In this document: positions 10,559 through 20,349 of the stretch, one piece after another
Layout of the letters: every line of letters begins with the position of its first letter
How positions within the stretch are numbered: the stretch's first letter is position 1
From: an uncultured Dialister sp.
GTDB taxonomy: Bacteria > Bacillota > Negativicutes > Veillonellales > Dialisteraceae
NCBI GenBank assembly: GCA_934178345.1
Contig: CAKPQG010000007.1
Location: 9,817-73,816, forward strand
Direction: 5' to 3'
Length of the DNA: 64,000 bases
Notes under the pieces: generated by a model
Database searches by the model: none
What the model was told of the DNA's origin: nothing
What the model saw: the letters and a program-made list of their open reading frames with translations, nothing else
Program-made: the position numbers and the translations under genes

Positions 10559-11092
10559 GATAATTCCTTCCCGGAAGCAGGGCTTCCCCTCAAATGCTTG
10601 GGGGTGCGGACTTTTTTCCATCAAAAAAACCGCACCCAAAATGAATGCGGTTTCAGAAGCATGCCTCCTGCAGTCAGCGCTGGCTGCTATGCACAGAAGG
10701 GCAAATAAAAAATACATCCCAGAGGGATGCATCCTGATTTGAAATCTCTGCATTCGTCTCGGTTATAAAAATCCAAGCGATATTAAAGTTTGACAGATAG
10801 AAAATCAATGCAGCGCCCATTGGCCTTTCCTCGATACAGCTCAGCTGATACTGCTCGAATGGCCGGGACTTTTTGCTGCCGTCCTGATTTCTTTCAGACT
10901 CCCTTCGGGATATCCATAGAGCATGGGCGGATCTCACGTTTCTGTCAGAGAAAGAATACTCTATCAGGGGGGGATTGTCAAGAGGAAAGGGGGATGATGT
11001 ACGCGTTCTGTCTTCCTCCGCGAATCTTTGGGCATACGATCATTGTGTACAGAGGTACAAATCAAGCTGCCATTTTTCTTTTAGCGGCGTTT

Positions 11093-12820
11093 TTATTTAG
11101 CCGTGATCGCTCTTGTCCCAAAGAGTGTCTTAAACCGATCCGGTGTATCGTCATAGTGATCGGAGGTGATGTCGTTCTCTGGTTCATAGAAATCGGGGAG
11201 GCGGATGCCCATCAGGGCGAGCTGGGTGTCGAAGACGAGGTCATTGGTCCAGCGGCTCTTTTGGCGGGCGGCAAGATTTTCCATGAGCTTTGGGTGAGAG
11301 GAGAGGTAGGTGTCGGAAAAGGCCATGTAGAGGGGAATGTAGGTCATCTCGGGGACGTAGATGGTGGGATTATGGTCGAGGTGCAGGTCGATCGCTTCGC
11401 CATGGTCAGAGAAGTAGAGGAGGGTCTGGAAGTCGGGGCGGGCAGCGAGTGTCTCATACAGTTTTTCCATCACGTAGTCGTGGAAGAGGATGGTATCGTC
11501 ATATTGGTCGCGATAGGGATCGTCGCTGTGGATCTTCTCGTAGCTGTTGGGATGGTGATAGGCGTAGGGCATGTGGCTTCCCATGTAGTGCAGGATGACG
11601 AGGGTCTTCTCGCTGCTCTTCATGCGTGTGAGCTCTTCAATGAGGGCATCGTCGTAGACGTCAAGGTCAGCGGTGGTGCCGAGGTGACTGTTTCGCCAGT
11701 GCTGCTCGTCGGCTTCGGAGGCGATGATGGTGGTCGGGGTATCCCATGCGCTGAAGCGGACCTGGTTGCTGATCCATACGGTGTGAAATCCGGCGGCTTT
11801 GGCGGCTTCGATGAGGGAGGGGGCGTCTGCAAGGGGAATGTCGTTATACTGGTTCTTCGCTGTCAGAGCATAGGAGAGCGCGGGGACGGTCTGCACGTAG
11901 CAGCTGTAGGCGTCATCAAAGAAGAGAAAGTGCGGGTCGTTTCTGCGAGAAGAAAGCCATGGGGTGGTCGGACGCGGGTAGCCGTAGACGCTCATGTGCT
12001 CGCTGTTCTCTGATTCGCCGATGGCAAGGACGTAGAGTCCGGGAGCCGAGGAAATCGTGAGATCCGTGAGACGGCTTGTGCGTTCTTTGGATTTCTGCTC
12101 AAAGTCAGCGTAGGCTTTCCTATAGTCCTGCACGCCGATCCACGGCGTGATGATGGGATTGCTGTAGGAAAGGGTGAGGCTGACGGGAGCCGCAAGGAGG
12201 AGAGTCAGGCGTGGAAGGAGAGAGGGGCAGGTGAAGATCTCACCTGTGCTGCTTTTTCTGGAAATCAGGAAGAGTGCGCCGAAGTAGAGCGGAAGGAATA
12301 GCAGCAGGGGAAGGGAGAGGTGCCCGGAGAGGTATCCGGCGGCTTCGCTGACATTTGTCTGCAGGAGAGCGAGAAGCGTTTCCGCCTCAGGGAAGCTGCC
12401 TGTCAGGAAGTAGCAGACCCATGTCACGAGGGCGGGAAGCGTCATGAGAAAGCCGGCAAGGAAGACATAGCAGGCTCTGCCTGTGACGGAGCGCGCGGGC
12501 GGCGAAAGAAGTGCGAGGATGCCCCATGCGGCAGCAGAGAAGGCGAGGGAGTCGTAGAAATCCCAGACAGGGGTGAGGAGGCCGGTCAGAAAGCGGATGG
12601 AAATCGCGGAAAAGGCGAAGAAAAGGAGCGGCAGCTGCCAGAGTGCGGGGCGGTAGAAGGTGAAGAGGAGGGACAGCGTCACGCAGGTGAAAAAGATGGA
12701 AGCGTCGTTCCATGGCGGGAAGACTTCGCGCGTCACGGCCAGGTGGAGTCCGTAGATAAGGGCAAAGAGAGCAAGCCCGATGGCCGCAAAGCGGAGAAAT
12801 GAATGTAGAATGGGACGCAA
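11093..12820 (-). CDS. phosphoethanolamine transferase (EptA/LptA-like; N-terminal 5-TM domain plus sulfatase-fold domain)
   Basis: Hydrophobic N-terminus then an alkaline-phosphatase-superfamily domain (HYMGSH, FSDHGE). TTG start with an AAGGAG RBS. Confidence 0.7.
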   Translation of the reverse strand: MRPILHSFLRFAAIGLALFALIYGLHLAVTREVFPPWNDASIFFTCVTLSLLFTFYRPALWQLPLLFFAFSAISIRFLTGLLTPVWDFYDSLAFSAAAWGILALLSPPARSVTGRACYVFLAGFLMTLPALVTWVCYFLTGSFPEAETLLALLQTNVSEAAGYLSGHLSLPLLLFLPLYFGALFLISRKSSTGEIFTCPSLLPRLTLLLAAPVSLTLSYSNPIITPWIGVQDYRKAYADFEQKSKERTSRLTDLTISSAPGLYVLAIGESENSEHMSVYGYPRPTTPWLSSRRNDPHFLFFDDAYSCYVQTVPALSYALTAKNQYNDIPLADAPSLIEAAKAAGFHTVWISNQVRFSAWDTPTTIIASEADEQHWRNSHLGTTADLDVYDDALIEELTRMKSSEKTLVILHYMGSHMPYAYHHPNSYEKIHSDDPYRDQYDDTILFHDYVMEKLYETLAARPDFQTLLYFSDHGEAIDLHLDHNPTIYVPEMTYIPLYMAFSDTYLSSHPKLMENLAARQKSRWTNDLVFDTQLALMGIRLPDFYEPENDITSDHYDDTPDRFKTLFGTRAITAK

Positions 12821-12829
12821 GGGAGACTC

Positions 12830-13470
12830 CTTTTGGTATAATGGGGTAGGGTTCAGGGGTAGCCCGTGGGGCGTGCTGCCCTTTGATTGGGGATGAAAGC
12901 TTTGCTCGAATGAGGAATTAGGAATGAGGAATTAGGAATGGTGGTGCGGCGCATAAAAATCAGAAGCGCCGCGGAGTTGTGATAGCGCTTCGCGCGCATC
13001 GTCATTTCGAGCGTAGCCGAGGGTCTTTATTGCAGAACGTTCATCGCCTGATATGAGGCAACACCAGGACATCGTTTTCCCTCGGCGCATACACGCTGAT
13101 TCCCGCAATGCACTAAAGATCCCTCGGCTGCGCTCGGGATGACGATGCCGGAGAATCCCAGTCACGCCTAATCCCCAATCCCTAATCCCTAGCCACTCAT
13201 CCCTGTTTTCAAACTTAGCCTCTGGGCGTGCCGCCCTTTGATTACGTGCGAAAGAGGTTCAGTGGGGGAGCAGGTTCGGAGGGTAGGGCGGGGATGGTGC
13301 GGCGCATAAAAACATAGAAGCGCCGCGGAGTATAGATGGTGGCGATGCCCGAAGGCGGTATTCAAGTCACCAGTCACTAGTCACTAGTCGCTCGAGGCTC
13401 CTAATCCCTAGCTACTAATTTTTAGTCACCAGTCACTCACCCCTGATTTCTAGGACTACCCCCCAAAAAA
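12830..13470. repeat. mosaic intergenic repeat cluster with a palindromic CGTCATTTCGAGCG module copy
   Basis: GGGTTCAGGGG, (AGGAATT)n, GGTGGTGCGGCGCATAAAAAT, GCGCCGCGGAG, the 210-bp module, and TAGGGAT/CAGTCAC heptads. Confidence 0.85.
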
Positions 13471-13518
13471 CATTAAACCATCATTTAATACATTCCATTA
13501 TACCAAAGAGGACGAGCT

Positions 13519-14121
13519 ATGGATGAAAAAATGAAAGAACTGGATGCGCTCTTCGATTTCTTTCGTGAAATCGACAAGGAGAAGCTGATTGAGAGGAAGA
13601 CGTATGTGACAGGAGCGGTGCGCTGGGAGAATGATGCGGAGCATGCATGGCACATGGCGCTGATGACGGTGCTTCTTTCTGAGTATAGCAATGAGCCCAT
13701 CGACGTCTTGAAGACGGTGACGATGCTGCTCATTCATGACCTCGTGGAGATCGATGCGGGGGATACGTATGCGTACAGCGGCGTATCGAAAGAAGAGCAG
13801 CATGCCAAGGAAGAGAAAGGGGCAGCGCGGATTTTCGGGATGCTGCCGAAGGAGAAGGGGGCGAAGCTCTATGCTCTATGGCAGGAATTTGAGGCCGGTG
13901 AGACGGCGGAGGCGCGCTTTGCACACGCGATGGATAATATCCAGCCGATGATGCTGAATGACTACACGGATGGGAAAGCGTGGCGGCAGTTCGGCGTATC
14001 GCTTTCCAAGATTTATAAAAGAAATGAGCTGACGCCGAAGGGCTCCCGCGTCCTTTGGAAGTATGCGAAAGAAAAAATCCTCGCGCCGAATGTGGCTAAG
14101 GGAAGGATCCGGGACGAATGA
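13519..14121 (+). CDS. HD-domain hydrolase (YfbR-like 5'-deoxynucleotidase family)
   Basis: H...HD...D metal motifs (AEHAWHMALM, IHDLVEIDAGD). Confidence 0.65.
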   Translation: MDEKMKELDALFDFFREIDKEKLIERKTYVTGAVRWENDAEHAWHMALMTVLLSEYSNEPIDVLKTVTMLLIHDLVEIDAGDTYAYSGVSKEEQHAKEEKGAARIFGMLPKEKGAKLYALWQEFEAGETAEARFAHAMDNIQPMMLNDYTDGKAWRQFGVSLSKIYKRNELTPKGSRVLWKYAKEKILAPNVAKGRIRDE

Positions 14122-14309
14122 GAAACCGCCCGTTAGGGGGATAGGCCGCGGAAGACAGCACACCCTCTTGGAGAGTGTGCTATACTTATAGCTGTTCCAT
14201 AGACGGGAAAGGGGCATGAAGGGGGTTGCTTCTTAGAGAGAGGGCACGAGAACTTTTTCCCGCGCTGATGTGTGATGGTTGACGGGCGCTGCTTGATCGA
14301 GGGATAGGT

Positions 14310-15254
14310 ATGGGTTGTCTTTTTAGTCTTTTTAAAGGCTTGCTTTATACAGCATTGCTTGCGCTGCTTTTGGCGGGGGGATTTGCCGGAAATATGGCGT
14401 ATGAAGAGCTTTTTCACGCGCCGTGGGACCAGATCCTTGGGATCGAGAATCACCGGCGGGATCTTTCTCAGATACATGCGATGGAGAATCGCTACGGCTG
14501 GCAGTCGGTGACGGTGCCCTCAGAGGATGGCACACGGCTCAAAGGCTCGTACATTGAGAGTGGAAATCGAAACCACCGCGCCGTCATCCTGCTGCACGGT
14601 CTGTACCAGAACCGTGCCATGTGCGTGCCATATGCGGATATTTACCGTGAGATGGGCTACTCCGTCCTGATGGTCGACCTGCGCGGGCATGGCGAGAGCG
14701 GGGGCGAGTACCCGGACTGGGGCGTGCATGATATCGAAGACTTGAATGCGTGGGTCGATTTCCTGAAAGCAAAAGACCCCTCTATGCAGATCGGCATCCA
14801 TGGGATCTCACTTGGCGCAGCGATGGCGCTCCTCTATAGCGGCAGCAAAGAGGGCGCGGCGATGAAATTCTATGTCGCAGACAGCTCCTATGCGAGCCTG
14901 ATGGAGCTGGGCCGTGAAAAGATCATGCACTACACAGGCGATGACCGTCTCGTGCTCGGTATGGATGTCTTGAATCCATTCTTTCAGGCGGCGCTCTTCG
15001 TGCATGACAGGAAACTTCTCCGCGACCTCGATCCCCTGACGCAGTCCGCAAAGGCTCGCTCGCCGCTTCTCATCCTCCACGGGAAATCCGATACGCTCAT
15101 CCCCTACGGCGCCGCAGAAGACCTCTTCTCCGAAGCCGGCAGCCCCAGAAAGGAGCTCTATCTTTTCCAAGGCGCCGGTCACACGATGGAAATGGCCACC
15201 AACGGCCCTGCGTATCGTGAGCATGTCCAGAAATTTGTGAAAAGTTTACAGTAG
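14310..15254 (+). CDS. alpha/beta-hydrolase-fold protein with an N-terminal membrane anchor
   Basis: GxSxG nucleophile elbow (GISLGAA), a HGxxE region, a C-terminal His; hydrophobic N-terminus. Confidence 0.7.
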   Translation: MGCLFSLFKGLLYTALLALLLAGGFAGNMAYEELFHAPWDQILGIENHRRDLSQIHAMENRYGWQSVTVPSEDGTRLKGSYIESGNRNHRAVILLHGLYQNRAMCVPYADIYREMGYSVLMVDLRGHGESGGEYPDWGVHDIEDLNAWVDFLKAKDPSMQIGIHGISLGAAMALLYSGSKEGAAMKFYVADSSYASLMELGREKIMHYTGDDRLVLGMDVLNPFFQAALFVHDRKLLRDLDPLTQSAKARSPLLILHGKSDTLIPYGAAEDLFSEAGSPRKELYLFQGAGHTMEMATNGPAYREHVQKFVKSLQ

Positions 15255-15285
15255 CTTGATGGAGTTGTGGTAGAATAGAAGAAAA

Positions 15286-15333
15286 GGGAAACGCTGATTA
15301 AATCTGACTTTGCAATTGAATCAGCGTTTCCAT
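15286..15333. mobile_element. short-form MITE-like element (TIR pair only)
   Basis: GGGAAACGCTGATTAAATC and GATTGAATCAGCGTTTCC inverted repeats separated by about 10 nt. The same termini occur on the 167-bp copies. Confidence 0.6.
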
Positions 15334-15449
15334 GGTTCAGGGATTTGCGGCTGAGGATAGGCTTGACTGGTGGCTGAAATGGGATACATGGCGCCACCTC
15401 TGCTAAACCCGATGAACCCGATGACCCATTTTTCCGGGAGGCGATACAC

Positions 15450-15836
15450 ATGCAGAATGCAAATACTTTGGAAGCCATGGAAGTGGCACGGCAGCTGATT
15501 CTGGTGCTGAAGGGCACCGTTGAAAGCCTGCAGATGAATCTGTCACAGGAACGTGATGATAATGAAGGACTGAAGCTCACCATCGAGTCTTTGGAAGACG
15601 AAAATGCGCGCCTTCAGGAAGAACTATTCAAAGTCCAGGCGGGTGCCGTCGAAGAGAAGGATACAGCAAAGGAGAGCCAAGCCGAAGCCATCGGTGAGAA
15701 GCTCGCCTTCTACTACAAGGATATGAAACGGATCGATCCGAAGAAGCTCACCGCAGAAGACGGCGAGACACTGTACAACATCCTCGACTACACCTTCAAA
15801 GCATTGAAGAAGGCCGGCGTGAAAATGGAGAAATAA
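15450..15836 (+). CDS. hypothetical coiled-coil protein (128 aa)
   Basis: GGGAGG RBS, heptad-rich acidic sequence, followed by a terminator. Confidence 0.5.
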   Translation: MQNANTLEAMEVARQLILVLKGTVESLQMNLSQERDDNEGLKLTIESLEDENARLQEELFKVQAGAVEEKDTAKESQAEAIGEKLAFYYKDMKRIDPKKLTAEDGETLYNILDYTFKALKKAGVKMEK

Positions 15837-15839
15837 AGG

Positions 15840-15877
15840 AAAGTGATGCTACTTGCGGGCGGCATCACTTTTTTGGT
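15840..15877 (+). terminator. intrinsic terminator
   Basis: AGTGATGC-tacttgcgggcg-GCATCACT followed by TTTTTT. Confidence 0.7.
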
Positions 15878-15879
15878 GA

Positions 15880-16395
15880 CTAAGTGGCTAGTGGCTGGTG
15901 ACTAGTGACTGGTGACTGGTGACTTGTGACTGGTAGCTAGGGATTAGTGGCTAGGGATTAGGATTGCGATATGAGAAAACCGCTAGTTTCAAACCTCCGC
16001 GGCGCTTCCATATTTTTATGCGCCGCACCACCCCCGTTGAACCTTCTGAACCTGTTGAACCCGCTCCCCCTCTTTTGCAAACAATCAAGGAACGAGCCGC
16101 CCACGGGCTAACCCTGAACCCTGAAGTTTGAAAGCAGGGATGAGTAGCTAGGGATTAGGGATTGGGGATTAGGAGTGACTAGTGACTGGTGACTAGTGAC
16201 TTGAATACCGCCTTCGGGCATCGCCCTATTTATACTCTGCGGCGAAGCCGCCACCTTCATTCCTCATTCCTAATTCCTAATTTATGCGAAGCTTTCATCC
16301 CCAATCAAAGGGCGGCACGCCCCCGAGGCTAACCCTGAACCCTGAACCCTGAACCCTGAACCCTGAACCCTAAATAACCTTGTCAAGCAAAACCC
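15880..16395. repeat. mosaic intergenic repeat cluster with about 1.5 copies of the roughly 255-bp composite unit
   Basis: Heptad blocks, GCGGCGCTTCCATATTTTTATGCGCCGCACCACC, (GAACCTNTT)n, CAAAGGGCGGCACGCCC, and (CCCTGAA)5 at 16329-16372. Confidence 0.85.
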
Positions 16396-16396
16396 C

Positions 16397-16425
16397 TTGA
16401 CAAGAGCATTTTTCTCATGTATAAT
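16397..16425 (+). promoter_or_regulatory. sigma-70 promoter of the ylxM-ffh operon, with a palindrome over the -35
   Basis: TTGACA, 17-nt spacer, TATAAT. CTTGTCAAG...CTTGACAAG inverted repeat spans the -35. Confidence 0.6.
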
Positions 16426-16448
16426 AGCATCCGTTGTGGTGATGAACT

Positions 16449-16772
16449 ATGTCTATTGAAAACATCGTAGAGAAGGGAGAGCTTCTGGACTGTTACGGAG
16501 AGCTCCTGACGAAGAGGCAGAAGGATTGCCTCGACTTATACTATAATGAAAATCTCACGCTCGCTGAGATTGCTGACTATTTCCATATTTCCCGTCAGGC
16601 GGTCCATGATGCGATGCGTCATGGAGAAGAGCAGCTGCTTTCCTATGAGGCGGCGCTCCACACCTGTTCCCTTCGCAAAAAGAGAGAGCAGGCCGCCCTT
16701 CGGCTTCTGCATTTCATTCCCCAGGCAGAGCGGGGAGAGGCAGAGAGTCTTTTGAAAGTGATGACAGAATGA
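16449..16772 (+). CDS. ylxM: YlxM/UPF0122 putative DNA-binding protein
   Basis: Conserved position immediately upstream of ffh; sigma-70 region-4-like HTH (LTLAEIADYFHISRQAVHDA). Confidence 0.75.
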   Translation: MSIENIVEKGELLDCYGELLTKRQKDCLDLYYNENLTLAEIADYFHISRQAVHDAMRHGEEQLLSYEAALHTCSLRKKREQAALRLLHFIPQAERGEAESLLKVMTE

Positions 16773-16782
16773 AGGTGACCAG

Positions 16783-18153
16783 ATGCCATTTGAAAATTTA
16801 GGAGACAAGCTGCAGTCTGCATTCAAAGATCTCCGAGGGAAAGGCAAACTTTCCGAAAGTGACATTGATGGGGCGCTTCGTGAGGTCCGCCGCGCACTGT
16901 TGGAAGCCGATGTCAATTTCAAGGTGGCGAAAGATTTCATCGCTCACGTCCGTGAAAAGGCGATGGGGGAAGAAGTCTTCGGCAGCCTGAAGCCTGACCA
17001 GACAGTCATCAAGATCGTCAAAGACGAGCTGACGGAGCTTCTGGGCGGGACACAGAGCAAGATCTCGCTGTCTTCTTCCGGCATGACGATCATCATGCTG
17101 GTCGGTCTGCAGGGCGCCGGCAAGACGACGACTGCCGGCAAGCTGGCTCTGATGTTCAAGAAAAAAGGCCACCGCCCGATGATGGCAGCCTGCGACGTCT
17201 ATCGTCCGGCAGCGATCAAGCAGCTCGAAGTCTTGGGCGAGCAGACTGACGTCCCGGTCTACCGCATGCCGCCGAATGTGGATCCGGTCCACATCGCGCA
17301 GTACGCGATCGATACGGCCAAGGCATACAATCGTGATGTCGTCATCCTCGATACTGCAGGCCGGCTCACCATTGATGAAAAGCTGATGGCCGAGCTTCGC
17401 AACATCAAAGCGGAGGTTCATCCGCATGAGATTCTCCTCGTCCTTGACTCCATGACGGGTCAGGACGCAGTCAATACCGCCAAAGCCTTTGATGAAAATC
17501 TGGGCATCGACGGCACCATCCTGACGAAGATGGATGGCGACGCCAGAGGCGGTGCAGCGCTCTCTATCAAGACCGTCACCGGCAAGCCGATCAAGATGAT
17601 CGGTGTGTCCGAAAAACTCGACGGCGGCCTTGAGGATTTCTATCCGGACCGCATGGCCGGACGTATCCTCGACCTGGGCGACCTCGCTACGCTGATTGAG
17701 ACAGCCCAGAGAAATATGGATGAAGAATCCATGAAAGACGCAGCGGCGAAGGTGCGTAAAGGGGAATTTACCCTTGACGATTTCCTGAACCAGCTGAAAC
17801 AGGTGAGAAAGCTGGGGTCCTTCCAGAACATCCTCGGGATGCTTCCAGGGATGGGCAAATTCAAAGACCAGCTGAAGGACATCGACCTTGATGGCAAAGA
17901 AGTGAAGCACATCGAAGCCATCATCCTCTCCATGACTCCGCAAGAGCGTGCGAATGTGAAGATCCTGAACGGCAGCCGCCGCAAGCGTATCGCGCAGGGC
18001 GCCGGTGTCAAGATTCAGGATGTCAACCGCATGATGAAGCAGTTCGCTGATATGCAGAAGACCATGAAGAAAATGAAGGGTATGAACCCGAAAAAGTTAA
18101 ATCCATCCAAACTGGGCGGCCTTGGCGGTCTCTCAGGGATGTTCCGTAAATAA
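16783..18153 (+). CDS. ffh: signal recognition particle protein Ffh
   Basis: N and G domains (GLQGAGKTTT, DTAGR), a Met-rich M domain, and a basic C-terminus. Confidence 0.92.
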   Translation: MPFENLGDKLQSAFKDLRGKGKLSESDIDGALREVRRALLEADVNFKVAKDFIAHVREKAMGEEVFGSLKPDQTVIKIVKDELTELLGGTQSKISLSSSGMTIIMLVGLQGAGKTTTAGKLALMFKKKGHRPMMAACDVYRPAAIKQLEVLGEQTDVPVYRMPPNVDPVHIAQYAIDTAKAYNRDVVILDTAGRLTIDEKLMAELRNIKAEVHPHEILLVLDSMTGQDAVNTAKAFDENLGIDGTILTKMDGDARGGAALSIKTVTGKPIKMIGVSEKLDGGLEDFYPDRMAGRILDLGDLATLIETAQRNMDEESMKDAAAKVRKGEFTLDDFLNQLKQVRKLGSFQNILGMLPGMGKFKDQLKDIDLDGKEVKHIEAIILSMTPQERANVKILNGSRRKRIAQGAGVKIQDVNRMMKQFADMQKTMKKMKGMNPKKLNPSKLGGLGGLSGMFRK

Positions 18154-18183
18154 TCGAGATCATTTCAAGGAGGTGAAATATCA

Positions 18184-18447
18184 ATGTTAAAAATTCGTCT
18201 GACCCGTATGGGCGCTAAGAAGAATCCATTCTACCGCATTATCGTTATCGACTCCAAAGCAGCTAGAAACGGCGCACCGACCGATACCATCGGCTGGTAC
18301 GACCCGGCTAAACTGGACGCTCCGGTAAAGATCGATGAAGAAAAGGTTCTGTCCTGGCTTGGAAAAGGCGCACAGCCGACCGACACTGTTCGTTCCATTC
18401 TGAGAAAGAACGGCATCCTCGCTAAGTTTGCAGAAGCAAAGAAATAA
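18184..18447 (+). CDS. rpsP: 30S ribosomal protein S16
   Basis: MLKIRLTRMGAKKNPFYRIIV N-terminus; AAGGAGG RBS. Confidence 0.92.
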   Translation: MLKIRLTRMGAKKNPFYRIIVIDSKAARNGAPTDTIGWYDPAKLDAPVKIDEEKVLSWLGKGAQPTDTVRSILRKNGILAKFAEAKK

Positions 18448-18459
18448 GGAGGACGCAAG

Positions 18460-18687
18460 ATGAAGGAATTGGTGGAAACACTGGTTAAGGCTCTCGTCAA
18501 AAATCCTGATGCCGTCACTGTCACCATTCTTCAGAAAGGCAGCCTGGAAATCTACCAGGTCCACGTCGCTCCTGAAGACATGGGCAAAGTGATCGGTAGA
18601 AAAGGCCGGATTGCGAATGCCATCCGCACCGTAGTCAAAGCAGGGGCTCTGCGTGAAAATCGCAAAGTCGCTGTCGATATTATCTAA
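18460..18687 (+). CDS. KH-domain RNA-binding protein (YlqC-like)
   Basis: GRKGRIANAIR KH motif (GxxG) and conserved position after rpsP. Confidence 0.75.
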   Translation: MKELVETLVKALVKNPDAVTVTILQKGSLEIYQVHVAPEDMGKVIGRKGRIANAIRTVVKAGALRENRKVAVDII

Positions 18688-18697
18688 GGGGTGCCCT

Positions 18698-19105
18698 ATG
18701 GATGAAATGCAGATCCTTGTCCCTGTCGCTGTGAAGTCCAAGCTGACAGAGGCACTGAAGACCACTTTGCTGAATGAAATCAATACGAACCTGTCCCGTG
18801 TCGAACATGACATGGCTCAGCTTGAATTTCAGGCAAACGGCCGCATCGCTGAACAGGCTAAAGTCAATATCCAGGCAGCTTCCCAGCTCCGTGCTTCCTT
18901 TGAAGCCCAGAAGGCGCAGATGCAGCAGGTGAAGGAAAAGCTGACCAACGATAAAGAACACCTGGAAAAGCTGGCTATCGGTGCGGAACTCAACCGCGCA
19001 CCGATCAACCGTCTCGTGACCATTCATGTCGGTGACGATATGAATAGCATCGTAGGCGGGGAAATCCTGGTTGAAGACGGCAAGATTATTGCTTTCCGTG
19101 AATGA
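18698..19105 (+). CDS. YlqD-family protein
   Basis: Position between the KH protein and rimM, as in the B. subtilis ylqD synteny. Coiled-coil-like sequence; RBS AAGGGG. Confidence 0.55.
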   Translation: MDEMQILVPVAVKSKLTEALKTTLLNEINTNLSRVEHDMAQLEFQANGRIAEQAKVNIQAASQLRASFEAQKAQMQQVKEKLTNDKEHLEKLAIGAELNRAPINRLVTIHVGDDMNSIVGGEILVEDGKIIAFRE

Positions 19106-19106
19106 T

Positions 19107-19604
19107 ATGAAATCCGATGTCAATGTACTCATCGGCCGAATCGTAGCCCCGCATGGTGTGCGGGGTGATTTGCGTATGTTCCCCGATATCGATCGGCCGG
19201 AAGTGATCCGTTCGCTGGAGTATCTCTGGATCGGGGGAAAAAGATATCGGCTCATGTCCTGCCGCCCGCACAAGAATATCTATATTCTCCATGTGGAAGG
19301 CGTAGAAGACAGAAACCAGACCGAGCTCATGCGTGGTATGGAAGTCGAAGTGCCTGCCTCGGCGCTGCCAAAGCGGACAGACGGCACCTACTACTACCAC
19401 GAGCTTTTAGGACTTAAAGTCGTGACTGAAGAGGGTGAGCTTGTCGGTATCCTGAAGGAGATCATCGAGACCAAGGCAAATAACGTGTACAGCGTCATTT
19501 CCGAAGAGGGAAAGGAAATCCTGATCCCTGCGATCCCGCCCTGTATCCTTCATGTGGACCCCGCAGGCGGCACCATGACAGTCAAGCTTTTGGAATGGGA
19601 GTAA
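19107..19604 (+). CDS. rimM: 16S rRNA processing protein RimM
   Basis: [18 protein letters not shown]-terminal RimM motif and a PRC barrel C-terminus. Confidence 0.85.
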   Translation: MKSDVNVLIGRIVAPHGVRGDLRMFPDIDRPEVIRSLEYLWIGGKRYRLMSCRPHKNIYILHVEGVEDRNQTELMRGMEVEVPASALPKRTDGTYYYHELLGLKVVTEEGELVGILKEIIETKANNVYSVISEEGKEILIPAIPPCILHVDPAGGTMTVKLLEWE

Positions 19605-19608
19605 GTCC

Positions 19609-20349
19609 ATGAAAATCGATATCTTATCACTGTTTCCAGAATTCATAGAAGCCTTCTTCCATCAGAGCATGATCAAACGTGCTCTGGAAGGCGGCCTCAT
19701 GGAGATGGCAGTGACGAATCCCAGAGATTTCACCAAGAGCCGGCATGGACAAGTCGATGACACGATCTGTGGAGGTGGGGCTGGGATGCTGATGATGTGC
19801 CAGCCTCTTTTTGATGCCGCCCATCATGTGCTGCCGGAAAAAGGGCCGCGTGACCGTGTGATCTTCCTGTCGCCGGCCGGCATGCCCTTCACGCAGGACA
19901 AAGCAAAACAGCTGTATCGCGACTATGACCATCTGGTGCTCATCTGCGGGCACTACGAAGGCGTTGATCACCGCGTCGAAGAGCATCTTGCGGATGAGCT
20001 TATCTCCATCGGCGACTATGTCCTGACGGGCGGCGAGCTCGGCGCGATGGTCATCGCAGATGCCGTGGCCCGCATGGTGCCCGGCGTCTTAGGCGATGCG
20101 GGAAGCGCACAGAGCGACTCTTTCTATGAGCCGATCCTCGAGTATCCGCAGTACACCAAGCCGGCTGATTACAACGGCTGGAAAGTGCCGGATGTGCTGC
20201 TCTCCGGCCATCATGCAAACATTGCGAAATGGCGCAGGAAAGAAGCACTGAGGCGCACCTTGAAGTGCCGCCCGGATCTCTTAGAGAAGCTCACACTGAC
20301 CAAGACCGATCAGAAGCTCATGCGAGAAATAGAAGAGGAGGAGAAGTAA
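19609..20349 (+). CDS. trmD: tRNA (guanine37-N1)-methyltransferase
   Basis: [12 protein letters not shown]-terminus, GGGAGM, and the SPOUT knot motif. Confidence 0.9.
   Translation: MKIDILSLFPEFIEAFFHQSMIKRALEGGLMEMAVTNPRDFTKSRHGQVDDTICGGGAGMLMMCQPLFDAAHHVLPEKGPRDRVIFLSPAGMPFTQDKAKQLYRDYDHLVLICGHYEGVDHRVEEHLADELISIGDYVLTGGELGAMVIADAVARMVPGVLGDAGSAQSDSFYEPILEYPQYTKPADYNGWKVPDVLLSGHHANIAKWRRKEALRRTLKCRPDLLEKLTLTKTDQKLMREIEEEEK

Noticed and set aside
10601-10640. GGGTGCGG...CCGCACCC hairpin as a simple bidirectional terminator for eptA and panC
   Set aside because: It lacks a flanking U-tract on either strand and lies about 450 bp from the eptA stop, inside the panC leader. It is kept only as a low-interest structural element.
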